Of a stretch of DNA of 64,000 nucleotides, positions 43,278 to 53,789 are shown piece after piece (within the stretch, counting starts at the first letter, position 1; each line of letters starts with the position of its first letter). The translations under genes and the position numbers were made by a program. This DNA is from Candidatus Latescibacterota bacterium (GTDB lineage Bacteria; Latescibacterota; UBA2968; UBA8231). The stretch is from contig CBDAOB010000004.1 in NCBI GenBank assembly GCA_965197905.1, positions 416,001 through 480,000 of the forward strand, written 5' to 3'. A model generated the notes under the pieces. It had not been told where the DNA came from. It did not search any database and worked only from the letters and a program-made list of their open reading frames with translations.

Positions 43278-44369
43278 CTACGGTTGGCCCCCAACGTCGC
43301 TTGTCGACAGCGCTTCCTCTTGGGCAACCAGAGCCAACTGCTGGATGAATTCGTCCAGGTTCCCGTGCAGAACCTCGTCCAAACGGAAAAGGGACAGATT
43401 GATGCGGTGGTCAGTTACCCGACCCTGCGGAAAATTGTAGGTGCGGATCTTGGCGCTACGATCGCCGGAACCGATCTGCAGCCGGCGGTCTGCCGAAATC
43501 CGTTCTTGCTGCTCCATTCGGTACCGATCCAGAAGACGCGCCCGCAGAATCTTCAACGCTTTGTTCTTGTTCTTGAGCTGAGACTTCTCGTCCTGGCAGG
43601 AAACCACCAATCCGGTTGGAATGTGGGTTATTCGCACCGCTGAATCGGTGGTGTTGACGCTTTGTCCACCGGGTCCGCTGGATCGGTATACGTCGATTTC
43701 CAGCTCCTCCGGAGCAATTTCCACCTCCACGTCTTCGGCTTCGGGCAGCACCGCCACTGAGGCCGCTGAGGTGTGAATTCGCCCGCTCGCTTCGGTCTTG
43801 GGCACCCGCTGTACCCGGTGCACTCCGCTTTCGAATTTCAGCTGGCCAAATGCCTGAGCTCCCGAAACCAGGAAGACGGTTTCCTTGAAACCGCCGGCCG
43901 GATTCGAACTGGAAGAGAGGGTCTCTACCTTCCACTTCTTGCGTTCCGCCAGGTAGGAATACATACGGTAGAGATCGGTAGCGAATAAGCCTGCTTCATC
44001 ACCACCCGTACCGGCGCGTATTTCCACGATCGCGTTGCGATCGTCGTTGGGGTCCTTGGGAATAAGGTGCAGTCTGATTTCGTCATCCAGTCGCTTCACC
44101 TCCTCCGAGAGTTCTTCCTTCTCGGCGTGCGCGAGCTCCACGAGTTCCGCGTCCTCCCCGTCGCGAAGGATTTCCTCAGCCTCCAGCAGACGCTGTTTCA
44201 CGTCACGATACGACTCGGCCAGCTGCACGATGGCGCCAAGCTCTCCCAACTCCTTGGCCAGGCGCTGGTAGTTCGCCGAATTCTGACTGGCGGTCGGGTC
44301 AGCCAGCTGGAGGCTCAACTCTTCGTACCGCTGCTCACAATCCTGGAGTTTTTCTAAAACCGTTGCCAT
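43278..44369 (-). CDS. prfA: Peptide chain release factor 1
   Basis: PKT recognition motif, GGQ, RTYNFPQGR. Confidence 0.97.
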   Translation of the reverse strand: MATVLEKLQDCEQRYEELSLQLADPTASQNSANYQRLAKELGELGAIVQLAESYRDVKQRLLEAEEILRDGEDAELVELAHAEKEELSEEVKRLDDEIRLHLIPKDPNDDRNAIVEIRAGTGGDEAGLFATDLYRMYSYLAERKKWKVETLSSSSNPAGGFKETVFLVSGAQAFGQLKFESGVHRVQRVPKTEASGRIHTSAASVAVLPEAEDVEVEIAPEELEIDVYRSSGPGGQSVNTTDSAVRITHIPTGLVVSCQDEKSQLKNKNKALKILRARLLDRYRMEQQERISADRRLQIGSGDRSAKIRTYNFPQGRVTDHRINLSLFRLDEVLHGNLDEFIQQLALVAQEEALSTSDVGGQP

Positions 44370-44481
44370 GACCGTTCACCCTACGCGGCAATCCATCGGC
44401 TGATACAAGCATGTACACGAAAAAGGCGATAAAACTCCCCGTGCGGGGCGTTCTACCACCTGAAATCCGAATTCGACCTAG

Positions 44482-44775
44482 CTAAGCTTCGGTTGCTTCT
44501 TCGACGGGCGCCGCTTCGGCAGGAGTCGCTCCTTCAGCAGCGGCGTCTTCCGTCGCAGGAGTCGACGTTTCGCCCTGGATGTTGTACCTCTTGTTGAACT
44601 GCTCTACGCGTCCCCCGCGATCCAGCAGGCTCTGGCGTTTTCCGGTGTAAAATGGGTGGCAGGCCGAGCACACTTCCACGTGCAGGTCGGGCACGGTGGA
44701 CCGGGTCTGTACGACGTTTCCGCAGACGCAGGAAATAGTCGTCTCGACGTATTCGGGATGAATTCCGTCTCGCAC
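44482..44775 (-). CDS. rpmE: 50S ribosomal protein L31 (Zn-binding type) with an acidic tail
   Basis: [26 protein letters not shown]. Confidence 0.95.
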   Translation of the reverse strand: MRDGIHPEYVETTISCVCGNVVQTRSTVPDLHVEVCSACHPFYTGKRQSLLDRGGRVEQFNKRYNIQGETSTPATEDAAAEGATPAEAAPVEEATEA

Positions 44776-44865
44776 TGTTTGATCCTATTGAGTTTTGGCT
44801 TCGCTGCTGCTCAATGAATTTCGATCGATATAAAATAGAGGACACGATCAGGCCGGGCAAGAGCG

Positions 44866-46140
44866 CTACTCGTTCATGGCTTTGAGGAATTTCTCGTTGG
44901 TTTTGGAGTTCTGCATGCGCTCGAGGAGAAACTCCATACCCTCTATTATGCCCATCTGATTCAGAATGCGGCGCAGTACGAAGGAGCGAGTCAGCTCGAA
45001 CTCGGAGAGCAGCAGTTCCTCTTTGCGAGTGCTCGTAGAGGTCACATCGATCGCAGGATAGGTTCGTCGATTGCTGAGCTTGCGATCGAGCTTCACTTCC
45101 ATATTGCCGGTGCCCTTGAACTCCTCGAATATGACCTCATCCATGCGACTCCCTGTATCAACTAGCGCTGTGGATATGATCGTCAGGCTGCCGCCCTCCT
45201 CGACGTTGCGGGCGGCGGCGAAGAACTTGCGCGGCCATTGAAGTGCCGTTGAGTCGACCCCACCGGTGAGGATGCGCCCGCTGTGGGGCGTCACCGTATT
45301 GTAGGCGCGAGCGAGACGGGTCATGCTGTCCAGCAGTATGACCACGTCCCTTTGGTGCTCCACCAATCGCTTCGCCTTCTCGATGACCATTTCGGCAACC
45401 TGGACATGGCGTGTAGCCGGCTCGTCGAAAGTCGAGCTCACCACTTCGCCGTCCACCGATCGCAGCATGTCGGTCACTTCCTCGGGACGCTCGTCGATCA
45501 GCAGCACGATCAGGACTACTTCCTTATGGTTTCGGGTAATGCTGTTGGCGATCTTCTGCAGCAGCATCGTCTTGCCGGTAAACGGAGGCGCCACGATCAA
45601 CCCCCTCTGTCCCTTGCCAATGGGTGCAAGGAGATCGATGATTCGCGTGGTCATTTCCTTGGGATCGAACTCCAACTGAAATCGATCTTCCGGATGGAGC
45701 GCCGTCAGGTTTTCGAAAATCGCCTTGCTTTTCGTGACCTCCGGATCCTCGAAATTGATCGCCTCGACGCGCAATAACGCAAAGTATTTTTCGTCGTTCT
45801 TGGGGGGACGTATCTGGCCGGAGATCGTATCGCCCGTGCGCAGGCTAAAGCGCTTGATCTGCGAGTGCGAAACGTAGATGTCGTCGGGGCCCGGCAGGTA
45901 GTTGTAGCTCGGTGAGCGCAGGAAACCAAATCCCTCGTCGAGGACCTCCAAAACACCCTGGGCGAAAATCAATCCGCTGCGCTCGGTCTGGTGTTTGAGA
46001 ATAGCGAAGATGAGCTCCTGCTTGCGCATCGCCGCGTAATCCGAGACCTCCAGGTCTCGCGCGACCTCCTGCAGATCCATGATGTTCATGCGCTGGAGCT
46101 CGACGATGTTCATTTTTTGAGTCCTAGTAGCGGTAGCCAT
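44866..46140 (-). CDS. rho: Transcription termination factor Rho
   Basis: [30 protein letters not shown]. Confidence 0.98.
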   Translation of the reverse strand: MATATRTQKMNIVELQRMNIMDLQEVARDLEVSDYAAMRKQELIFAILKHQTERSGLIFAQGVLEVLDEGFGFLRSPSYNYLPGPDDIYVSHSQIKRFSLRTGDTISGQIRPPKNDEKYFALLRVEAINFEDPEVTKSKAIFENLTALHPEDRFQLEFDPKEMTTRIIDLLAPIGKGQRGLIVAPPFTGKTMLLQKIANSITRNHKEVVLIVLLIDERPEEVTDMLRSVDGEVVSSTFDEPATRHVQVAEMVIEKAKRLVEHQRDVVILLDSMTRLARAYNTVTPHSGRILTGGVDSTALQWPRKFFAAARNVEEGGSLTIISTALVDTGSRMDEVIFEEFKGTGNMEVKLDRKLSNRRTYPAIDVTSTSTRKEELLLSEFELTRSFVLRRILNQMGIIEGMEFLLERMQNSKTNEKFLKAMNE

Positions 46141-46505
46141 TCATCTCCTTGTCCAGCACGTTGGTTAATCGCTTCGGCCAGCCGCATACTGTTTCTCAGT
46201 GCGGGCACGGCCAGAATTCAGTTTTTCGAGTGAAGCGCTCAGAATTGCAGTTGGCGCGCACGAAGATGCGACGCACACACTGCGTATCCACAAAGTCGGT
46301 CTGTTTTTTGAGTTTACGAAGCGTTGGGGTGCAGGAGGCCTTTCAATATGCAGGATTTATCGAATGTGCAATGGTACGAGGGTTTCGAGTGCATCAGGCT
46401 CGGCACTCTTGGTGTTAGCTATTTTTAGTGGAATCGAAAAACGCGAGGCACGATTAACCTATCCAAGAAAAGCCCGTTTGTCAAGACCCTTTTCCCGACT
46501 GATTT

Positions 46506-47247
46506 CTACTCCTCAAGTCCGGTCGGTTCCTCGAAGTTAGCCACGGTGCGGCCGAAATGATCAGCAAAGATAAAGAAATCCGCGAAATCGATCCGCTGGT
46601 TGCCGTTCAGATCGAAGCGGGGGTCGTAGGTGAGCTCCCCTTCAATGCGCCCGAAGTGATCGGCAAACAGAAAGAAATCGTTGAAGCCGACGGTGTCGTC
46701 GGTTGGATCAAACCAGCCGACCACCGCCTCACCCGCTGCATCTATGGGTTGGAAATCGTTATTCTCAGCGCGGGCGGTTCGGGCGATATCTGCTTCGGTC
46801 GCCGGTTCGATCTCTGGCGCCGTTTCGTGGTTAGAATCGAAGGATCTGACTTCGTAAACATAAAGCTCGTTGGTTTCGGCCGACGAATCGGCAAAGGTGT
46901 TGGTTCCGGCATCGACCTCGCCCACCTGCACAAACACACCCTCCTTGGTGCGGCGATATATTCGGTAACCAGCAACGCCCGCACGGGTGGCAATGGCTCC
47001 GTATGTGCTGAGATCGCCACTGATGGCTAGCCCACCTGCGAATGCTCTTGTCGTCCAGTGATAGATTCCAGATGAGCTGAATCCGGCCGCCGGCGTCGTC
47101 GGGAACATCAGAGGCTTGTATGTTGGTCGGCGGCTGAGGCGGCAGTTCATCCGAACCTGCGGCTGGCTCGGAGCCCACGAGCGCGGCAAGGCGGATGGCG
47201 CCGAAGACGAGGAGGAGCCACGCGAGACCGCAAACAGAAATCCCCAC
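46506..47247 (-). pseudogene. Secreted FN3-like plus dockerin-like EF-hand protein, frameshifted near 47048
   Basis: The signal peptide and PPQPPTNIQASDVPDDAGGRIQLIWNLSLDD are in frame 46831..47325. RAFAGG..GYRIYR..FNDFFLFADHFG..FADFFIFADHFG are in frame 46506..47189. There is one extra A in gacgacaagagc. Start uncertain. Confidence 0.75.
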
Positions 47248-47290
47248 CCGTTTAGGGCGGGGATTCCTTACTCTGCGTCTGAACCGGGTA

Positions 47291-48355
47291 TCAGAGACCT
47301 TCGCTCGTGCGCACTTCGTCGGCATTGGCTACCGTCTTGCCGAAGTCGTCAGCGAAAACGAAGAAATCGTCGAAATCGATCCTGTCGTTGGGCGAGATAT
47401 CGAATCGCGCGTCGTAGGTTTCATCACTGGCGTCTTCACCAAAGTGATCGGCGAAGGCGAAAAAGTCGTCGAATGTAACTGAACTACCCTGGCGCGTGAA
47501 CCAACCCAGGATAATCACCCCGTCCTCATCGACCGGAGGAACCTTGACGACGACTTCGGTCGTCGAGTCATCTACAAACTCCTGGACGGTTCCCAGGTCG
47601 GCGAGCACCTCCGGGTCGTCCGTCGTCAGCGTCTGCAGCTGAGTCAATGCTGCCTCGGCGGCCGGCTCGTCTTCGATTCCCTCAACGTCCAGAATCTCGA
47701 AACTTACGATTATGCTACCGGCGGAGATATCGGTTACTACGATTCGGCTCGGATCGATACCCAGAAGCTCTGCCACGAAAGTGATGAAGTCCGTCGTGAA
47801 GGCATCAACGGCCGCCTCGTCCTCCACGTCCAGTTCGACATCGAAGGTCAGGGTGGCCGCGACCGTGGTTACTATGGTGGCCTGACCGCCCCCACCAGCT
47901 CTGATGATGCGAGCTAGATCGTCTGAAGTGCCAGGTTCGACCACGAAATCGGTTTCGTTGTCCTGGTCGAACGGCCGCACCGAATAGATGTAGGTAATGC
48001 CATCCTCCACGGATGCATCCACGAAGTCGGCCGTGCCCGGTGCGACCTCAGCGAGCAGCTCGTCTTCGCCCTCGCCCGCCTTCCTATAGATGTTGTAGCC
48101 GCGGACACCGCCTCTGGGTACCACCGAATCACCAAATCTGGTGAACGAGACCGCGTCGTCTATCGAGGTAGACCAGGAAAGAGTAATGCTCGATCCCTCT
48201 TCACCAGGCGTATCCGCGGCGACGAGGTTGGTAATGGGCGCGGGTGGGATATTGTCGATGGCTGCCGCTGCACCGGAGGTGGTCAGCTGAGCACTGGCGG
48301 TCCCGGCAACGACGATCGCCAGGCCCAGCGCTTTTAAGGTAATAGCCGGCTTCAT
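47291..48355 (-). CDS. Secreted acidic protein: FN3-like, SEA-like (GSIIV) and C-terminal dockerin-like EF-hand pair
   Basis: Signal peptide ASA-Q; GYNIYR; YIYSVRPFD; LGIDPSRIVV..GSIIVSF; FDDFFAFADHFG..FDDFFVFADDFG. Confidence 0.8.
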   Translation of the reverse strand: MKPAITLKALGLAIVVAGTASAQLTTSGAAAAIDNIPPAPITNLVAADTPGEEGSSITLSWSTSIDDAVSFTRFGDSVVPRGGVRGYNIYRKAGEGEDELLAEVAPGTADFVDASVEDGITYIYSVRPFDQDNETDFVVEPGTSDDLARIIRAGGGGQATIVTTVAATLTFDVELDVEDEAAVDAFTTDFITFVAELLGIDPSRIVVTDISAGSIIVSFEILDVEGIEDEPAAEAALTQLQTLTTDDPEVLADLGTVQEFVDDSTTEVVVKVPPVDEDGVIILGWFTRQGSSVTFDDFFAFADHFGEDASDETYDARFDISPNDRIDFDDFFVFADDFGKTVANADEVRTSEGL

Positions 48356-48473
48356 ATGGTCCTTCCTCCTACTTGGAGCTGCTGTGGGTAAAGTGACCCA
48401 ACTTTACGGCGGACTTTAATTTACGCGAGCGCATGTAGAAGGTCAAGCGGTTTTTGGCAGGATGTGGGGGCAC

Positions 48474-48506
48474 AAAAAAAAGCGCGACACCCGAAAGGTG
48501 TCGCGC
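48474..48506 (-). terminator. Intrinsic terminator after the 684-aa surface protein gene
   Basis: gcgcgacacc-tttcg-ggtgtcgcgc followed by 8 T on the minus strand. Confidence 0.88.
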
Positions 48507-48527
48507 CCCAATCCGAACTGAAACAGA

Positions 48528-50582
48528 CTACTGACCCAGTACCGCGTAGGTGCCGGCCTTGTTGAAGTTGTCGACAAATACGAAGAAGTCATCGAGGTTG
48601 ATGACATCCAGGGAACCTTCGTCCTGATTGATATCGAAGCTCGCAATCCACTCCGTATCGGAAGAGGTGGTGTTAAACTGGTCGGCGAAAGCGAAGAAAT
48701 CGTCAAAATCGACCTTGCCCGCTGAATCGCCAGTGGTGATGAAATCGCCCAGAATCTGATTTCCGTCGTCGTCAACCAGTACCTCGACATCGGAGGGCGA
48801 GATGCCAACGCCGCTCAGGGCGACTGTCACAGAGGGATTCGCTGCATCATTGCTGGTGACTGTGATTGTTCCGGTAGCTTCACCAACGGCTGTCGGCGAG
48901 AACACTACGGCAACCTCCTCCTCGTCACCGCCCGCAATCGTGGATGCCGTAAGAATCTGACCGCGAATTTCGCCGCCAGCGTTGGCATCCGTATGAATGT
49001 TGACGTAATAGAGCCCGGCCCTCAAATCTGCCACCTGATCGGCAGTCATGTCGACCCAGGTCCCCTCGATCGTGATTTCATCTTCGCCCTCGGTAATCTC
49101 ACTCTCGTCAAATCCACGGACGACACCAGCCGAAACACCCGCTGCGCCAGGACCATGAATGTGTGCAGCGGAGAACCCGGTGAGTCCAGTGATGGTGACC
49201 GAGAACGTTAGCTCTGTTCCGGCGGAGTTCAAGGAAAAAGAACCGTCACCTGAAGCGTCTGTGTCCGTCACGCTGGCTTGCTCCCCATCGAGGGTGGCGG
49301 CGAATGTGCCGATGGAAAAGGCGGCATCGCCGGTCAACGCGAGGGTCACATCGAGATCCAGATCGCCGGTATTGCGGACGGTCAGCGAAATCGTACGGGA
49401 CGTCCCGGTAGTAACGTTGGCGAAACTCAAGCTCTCGCTGCTCAAATCGATCTCCGCCGGTCCGAGGCCGTCAGAAATGCCGGCGCTCAGGTCGATCAGG
49501 GTCGTGCGATTATTCGGATCGTTGGTATTGAGTGTCAACAGACCGGGGTAGTCGCCAGTCAAATTGCCTACATCGGCAGCGACAAAGAAGACATCGATAT
49601 CACCGGATTCCCCCACGGCGAGGCTCAGCGAGGTCACCGAGGTAGAGTAGCCGTCGCCGTCTACACTGGGAGAAACCGTCAGGAGTGCGTCCGGATCGTC
49701 AGCGCTGTTGGTAAAGCTGAAAGTGCCCGTGACGATCTCATCAATACTCACATCACCGAAATCAAGGGCGCCGGTGGTCGTGCTTGAAAGGCTCGGCGCG
49801 CCTCCAACGTCCACAAAAGCCTCCGGAGTCTCTTCCGCTACCAGATCGATCTCGGAGACGACGTCGAGGGCCGGGTCCGTAGCATCTTCGGTCACATCGA
49901 AAGTGATCACGATACTGCCCGAACCAACCGCGATGTTCGTTATACGACTGGTGTCGATGCCCTGAGCTTCGAGGGCCGCGAGAAAGTCGGCGATGATCTG
50001 ATCGACGGCGGCGGTGTCGGTTATGTCAACATCGCCGGTGAAGGTCATGGTTACCTCGACGATCGTCGCTACATCTTCCGGCGTCTCTACCTCCGCGGTG
50101 GGCGGGGGGCCCAGATTGATCGCATCGCTCTCGGTCTGCGCGCTCTCGTTGCCAGAGGCATCAGCCGCAGCGACGGCGTAGACGTAGGTGAATCCGGCTT
50201 CGACCGTATCATCGACGTATGAGGTCGCACCATTATCGACGGAGGCCAGAAGGGTCAACTCACCGTCGAGCTCACCGCGATAGATGTTGTACGCAGCGAC
50301 ATCATTGACATTCACATACGTACCGCCAGAGGTGAAATCCCCACTGACGGCGGCCTGTCGTCTGAAGTCTTCGGCGGCAATCGACCACGTAATCGTAGCG
50401 CTAGGACCGCCAAGATCCACCTCAACCGCCAGATCCGAAACAGGACCCGGAGCCAGATCGTCTAGTCCACCGGCACTCCCTGAAACGGTAAGTGCCGCCT
50501 GCACCGGACCCACTGTCATCGCCACAGCACCCAGGGCCAGTAGCGTGATACTCAAAAAACCAGCGATTTTGCCTCTCGACAT
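48528..50582 (-). CDS. Large acidic secreted protein: FN3-like, SEA-like, two ASH/Ig-like domains, CHRD domain and C-terminal dockerin-like EF-hand pair
   Basis: Signal peptide; LDFGDV..TNDP; LSFANV..NTGDLDL..SNDAANP; CHRD AAHIH..GLYYVNIHT..GEIRGQI; VDFDDFFAFADQF..NLDDFFVFVDNF. Confidence 0.82.
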   Translation of the reverse strand: MSRGKIAGFLSITLLALGAVAMTVGPVQAALTVSGSAGGLDDLAPGPVSDLAVEVDLGGPSATITWSIAAEDFRRQAAVSGDFTSGGTYVNVNDVAAYNIYRGELDGELTLLASVDNGATSYVDDTVEAGFTYVYAVAAADASGNESAQTESDAINLGPPPTAEVETPEDVATIVEVTMTFTGDVDITDTAAVDQIIADFLAALEAQGIDTSRITNIAVGSGSIVITFDVTEDATDPALDVVSEIDLVAEETPEAFVDVGGAPSLSSTTTGALDFGDVSIDEIVTGTFSFTNSADDPDALLTVSPSVDGDGYSTSVTSLSLAVGESGDIDVFFVAADVGNLTGDYPGLLTLNTNDPNNRTTLIDLSAGISDGLGPAEIDLSSESLSFANVTTGTSRTISLTVRNTGDLDLDVTLALTGDAAFSIGTFAATLDGEQASVTDTDASGDGSFSLNSAGTELTFSVTITGLTGFSAAHIHGPGAAGVSAGVVRGFDESEITEGEDEITIEGTWVDMTADQVADLRAGLYYVNIHTDANAGGEIRGQILTASTIAGGDEEEVAVVFSPTAVGEATGTITVTSNDAANPSVTVALSGVGISPSDVEVLVDDDGNQILGDFITTGDSAGKVDFDDFFAFADQFNTTSSDTEWIASFDINQDEGSLDVINLDDFFVFVDNFNKAGTYAVLGQ

Positions 50583-51101
50583 GTTATGTTCCTCCTCCGA
50601 GGTTCGTAGAAGCCAGCCTCGTAGATTTGATAGGCAACAATAGGGGTAAATCTAATAAAATACAGAGATATCCCTTACATTATACAACTTAGCTGAGGTA
50701 AATTTATAGCTTTGTAGATTCAAGTCAAGCAATTTCTTCAGATGCATAAATGTGCAGCAATTTGGACGTTCGAATCCATGAAAATCGAGCAAATGGGAGA
50801 ACACCGACACTTACCATCCGGAAACGACAAGACCTATGCAAGTGGTTCGAATGCTTACAAGTACTTGATTTAGATGAGCTTGTCAATCTCGTGGGCGCCC
50901 GGTTTCGACATCCGTACTCGACGTTGAGTCGCCGGAGGGCCCAATTTTCGCCCATGATTCAATCTAAAGCCGAAAGGGCACGGCGGATGTGATCAAACGC
51001 ACCAGATGAGCGCACCAGGGTCGTGCGGCATCTTGACCCTCATACAGCCCAGAAATAGGTTGTCTTTTTCTCCTGTCCCGTCAAGCCATTCTCATATCGA
51101 C

Positions 51102-52886
51102 ATGCAGCGGATTCCGGATGCGACCATAGAGCGCATCAAGGACGCGACGGATATCGTCGAAATCGTCTCCGACCACGTGCAATTGACCAAGCGCGGCCGG
51201 AACTACTTCGGTGTGTGTCCCTTCCACTCCGAGAAAACCGCCTCGTTCAGCGTAAACCCCGAGTTGCAGATCTATCGATGTTTCGGCTGCGGCGAAGGAG
51301 GCAACGCGTTCAAATTCGTGCAGAAGATCGACGGAGTGAGTTTCGTCGAGGCGGTCTCCTTTCTGGCTCAACGGAGCGGAATCACGCTGGAGCTCGAGAG
51401 AAACACCGAGGCCGCCCAGTCGAACGATGAGCTTTTCCGCGCCAACGAAATCGCCAGTAAGTACTTCCACCACATGCTCCTCTCCGACGAGCAGGGGCGC
51501 CAGGCGTTGGAGTATCTAGAGGGCCGCGGCCTGTCGCGGGAAACGATCCAAGATCTGCAAATCGGTTTCGCTCCGGAGGCGTGGGACGGGTTGATGGGGG
51601 TGCTGCATCGGCGTGGCATCCCGCCGCCAATAGCCGAACGAGCGGGGTTGGCGATCCAACGGCAGAAAGGAAGCGGTTTTTACGATCGTTTCCGTGGGCG
51701 AATCGCCTTTCCGATCGCCAACGCGACCGGGCGTATTGTGGGTTTCGGCGCTCGTGCCCTGGTGGACGATCAGGAACCAAAATACCTGAACTCCCCCGAG
51801 ACGGCTATTTATCGCAAGAGCCTGATCCTCTATGGTCTGAGCCGTTCCCGGGCAGGCATACGGGATCGCGACCTGGCTTTGGTGGTGGAAGGATACATGG
51901 ACGTCGCTCGACTGGTGCAACACGGTATCTCGAACGTGGTGGCTACCTCCGGCACCGCCCTGACCGCGGAGCAGTGCCGCTTGTTGTCGCGTTACAGTCG
52001 AAGGGCGGTCCTCGTTTTCGACGGAGATTCCGCCGGTTCTACGGCTGCCGAGCGGGGAATCGAGATTCTTCTGGGCGCGGATCTCGAAGCCCGCGTAGTC
52101 TGCCTGCCGACGGGTCACGATCCGGATAGCCTGGTGCGGGACGAAGGCGCCAATCGTCTGAACGCCCTGGTCGATTCGTCCTTGTCGGTACTGGATTTCT
52201 ATCTGGATCGTCTGGCGACCCGATTCGATGTGAGATCGGTTGAGGGCAAGGCGCAGGTGGTGGCACATCTCAAACCGGTGATCGGTCGCGTAAGCGACGC
52301 GGTGAGGCGGGATCTTATGCTCCGCGAAGTAGCGTCACGGCTGGGGGTCGATGAACGAGCCATCCGGGCGGAGCTGCAACGTGATACGCGGCGGGAGCCC
52401 AGGCCGACCGGACCGGGGTCCGAGCCCTTCGCGCCGGCTGCCGAGTTGCCGTCGGTCGAAAAGCAGTTTCTAGGTCTCTTGCTCAAATACCCCCGCTTCA
52501 TCGCGCCTACTGCAGCGGTCATCGAACCGGAAGATTTCCTCGATCCACGGTCGCGCGCCATCGGCACACTTCTGTTCGACAGACACAAAACTTCCGACGC
52601 GTTGGACCTTTCGCTGCTCGTGGAAGAATTCGACGACGAGAACCTGGTCAATGCAGTTGCCGCTTGCGCCGTGGAAGAGTTCGATGAGGATCAGGTGGAC
52701 GAGTTCTGGTCGGACACCATTCACAGATTCAAGAGTGACGCCTTGACCCGGCGGATGGAGACCTTGAAACAGGAGCTAGCGGCGGCTTCGAAGAAGGGGA
52801 ACGAGAAGCTGATCGAGGAACTTGCGGGAGCCCTTGAGGAGCTGGTGAAAGAGCGGGCGTCGAACTCGGTGGAACGCGCACCGTGA
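51102..52886 (+). CDS. dnaG: DNA primase
   Basis: CPFHSEKTASF..CFGC, YDRFRGR, KYLNSPET, EGYMDV, DGDSAG, DPD. Confidence 0.97.
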   Translation: MQRIPDATIERIKDATDIVEIVSDHVQLTKRGRNYFGVCPFHSEKTASFSVNPELQIYRCFGCGEGGNAFKFVQKIDGVSFVEAVSFLAQRSGITLELERNTEAAQSNDELFRANEIASKYFHHMLLSDEQGRQALEYLEGRGLSRETIQDLQIGFAPEAWDGLMGVLHRRGIPPPIAERAGLAIQRQKGSGFYDRFRGRIAFPIANATGRIVGFGARALVDDQEPKYLNSPETAIYRKSLILYGLSRSRAGIRDRDLALVVEGYMDVARLVQHGISNVVATSGTALTAEQCRLLSRYSRRAVLVFDGDSAGSTAAERGIEILLGADLEARVVCLPTGHDPDSLVRDEGANRLNALVDSSLSVLDFYLDRLATRFDVRSVEGKAQVVAHLKPVIGRVSDAVRRDLMLREVASRLGVDERAIRAELQRDTRREPRPTGPGSEPFAPAAELPSVEKQFLGLLLKYPRFIAPTAAVIEPEDFLDPRSRAIGTLLFDRHKTSDALDLSLLVEEFDDENLVNAVAACAVEEFDEDQVDEFWSDTIHRFKSDALTRRMETLKQELAAASKKGNEKLIEELAGALEELVKERASNSVERAP

Positions 52887-52913
52887 TCTTTCGCCCGTGC
52901 CGTTGGAGAAACG

Positions 52914-53789
52914 ATGAGACTTCTGCATAAATTTCTGCAGCTCTTCCGCAACAACCCTGGGCTCCTTTTGCGGCATGTTTGGGGGCGAGTGCTGTCCAAA
53001 GTACCAGATGCGCTACTACCTAGTTCGCCTTTTGAAGGCCGAGTAAATGGCCTCCGATTTCAGTTCGATTTGTCGCTGGATCGCAACATCAAGAAGATGT
53101 ACCTCCAGTGCTATGAAATCGAAGTTGCAAGCGTCATCAAGAGGGTTTTGAAGAAGGGCGATGTTTTCGTGGATGTAGGTGCCAACATCGGGTACCTGTC
53201 GGCTTATGCGGCGGGAGTAGTGGGCAGTTCTGGGCAAGTGCACGCATTCGAGCCCGTGCCTGCGTACTTCGACAGACTCCGATTCGTGTCAGAAGAAAAC
53301 CCTGGATACGACATCAAAGTAAATCAGTGTGCACTAGGTGAACAATCTGGAAAAGAAGAGATCGCAGTTACGAGCCGTAGAAATATTGGATTTAATACCA
53401 TGGTTCCCGGCATTATGGGACCCGAGCGTACCAGCTACTCAGTGAGCGTTCCAGTTGTCCGCTTGGACGACTACATTCAAAAAAACGTCTCCCGGAACAT
53501 AGCGTTAGTGAAGATCGATGTTGAAGGCTTCGAGTCGTTCGTATTGAGAGGCTTGACTAGCTATTTCCCTAACGCTGACCCCTTGCCCGTAATAGTTTGC
53601 GAGATCATTCCGTATACGTATCCAATTTCTGACTTCAGTCTGCAAATGCTATGGGACTATATGGGTGAAAATGGATACAAGGCGCTGGACATAGTCGACA
53701 TGAAATCCCAACTAGAGGTCGCGCAATTGTCGCAAACTTCCGCCATTGACGTTGTTTTCGCTCCAACCGATTCGCCGTACGTTAGCTAG
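52914..53789 (+). CDS. FkbM family SAM-dependent methyltransferase
   Basis: FVDVGANIG, AFEP, KIDVEGFE; lower GC than its neighbours. Confidence 0.9.
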   Translation: MRLLHKFLQLFRNNPGLLLRHVWGRVLSKVPDALLPSSPFEGRVNGLRFQFDLSLDRNIKKMYLQCYEIEVASVIKRVLKKGDVFVDVGANIGYLSAYAAGVVGSSGQVHAFEPVPAYFDRLRFVSEENPGYDIKVNQCALGEQSGKEEIAVTSRRNIGFNTMVPGIMGPERTSYSVSVPVVRLDDYIQKNVSRNIALVKIDVEGFESFVLRGLTSYFPNADPLPVIVCEIIPYTYPISDFSLQMLWDYMGENGYKALDIVDMKSQLEVAQLSQTSAIDVVFAPTDSPYVS

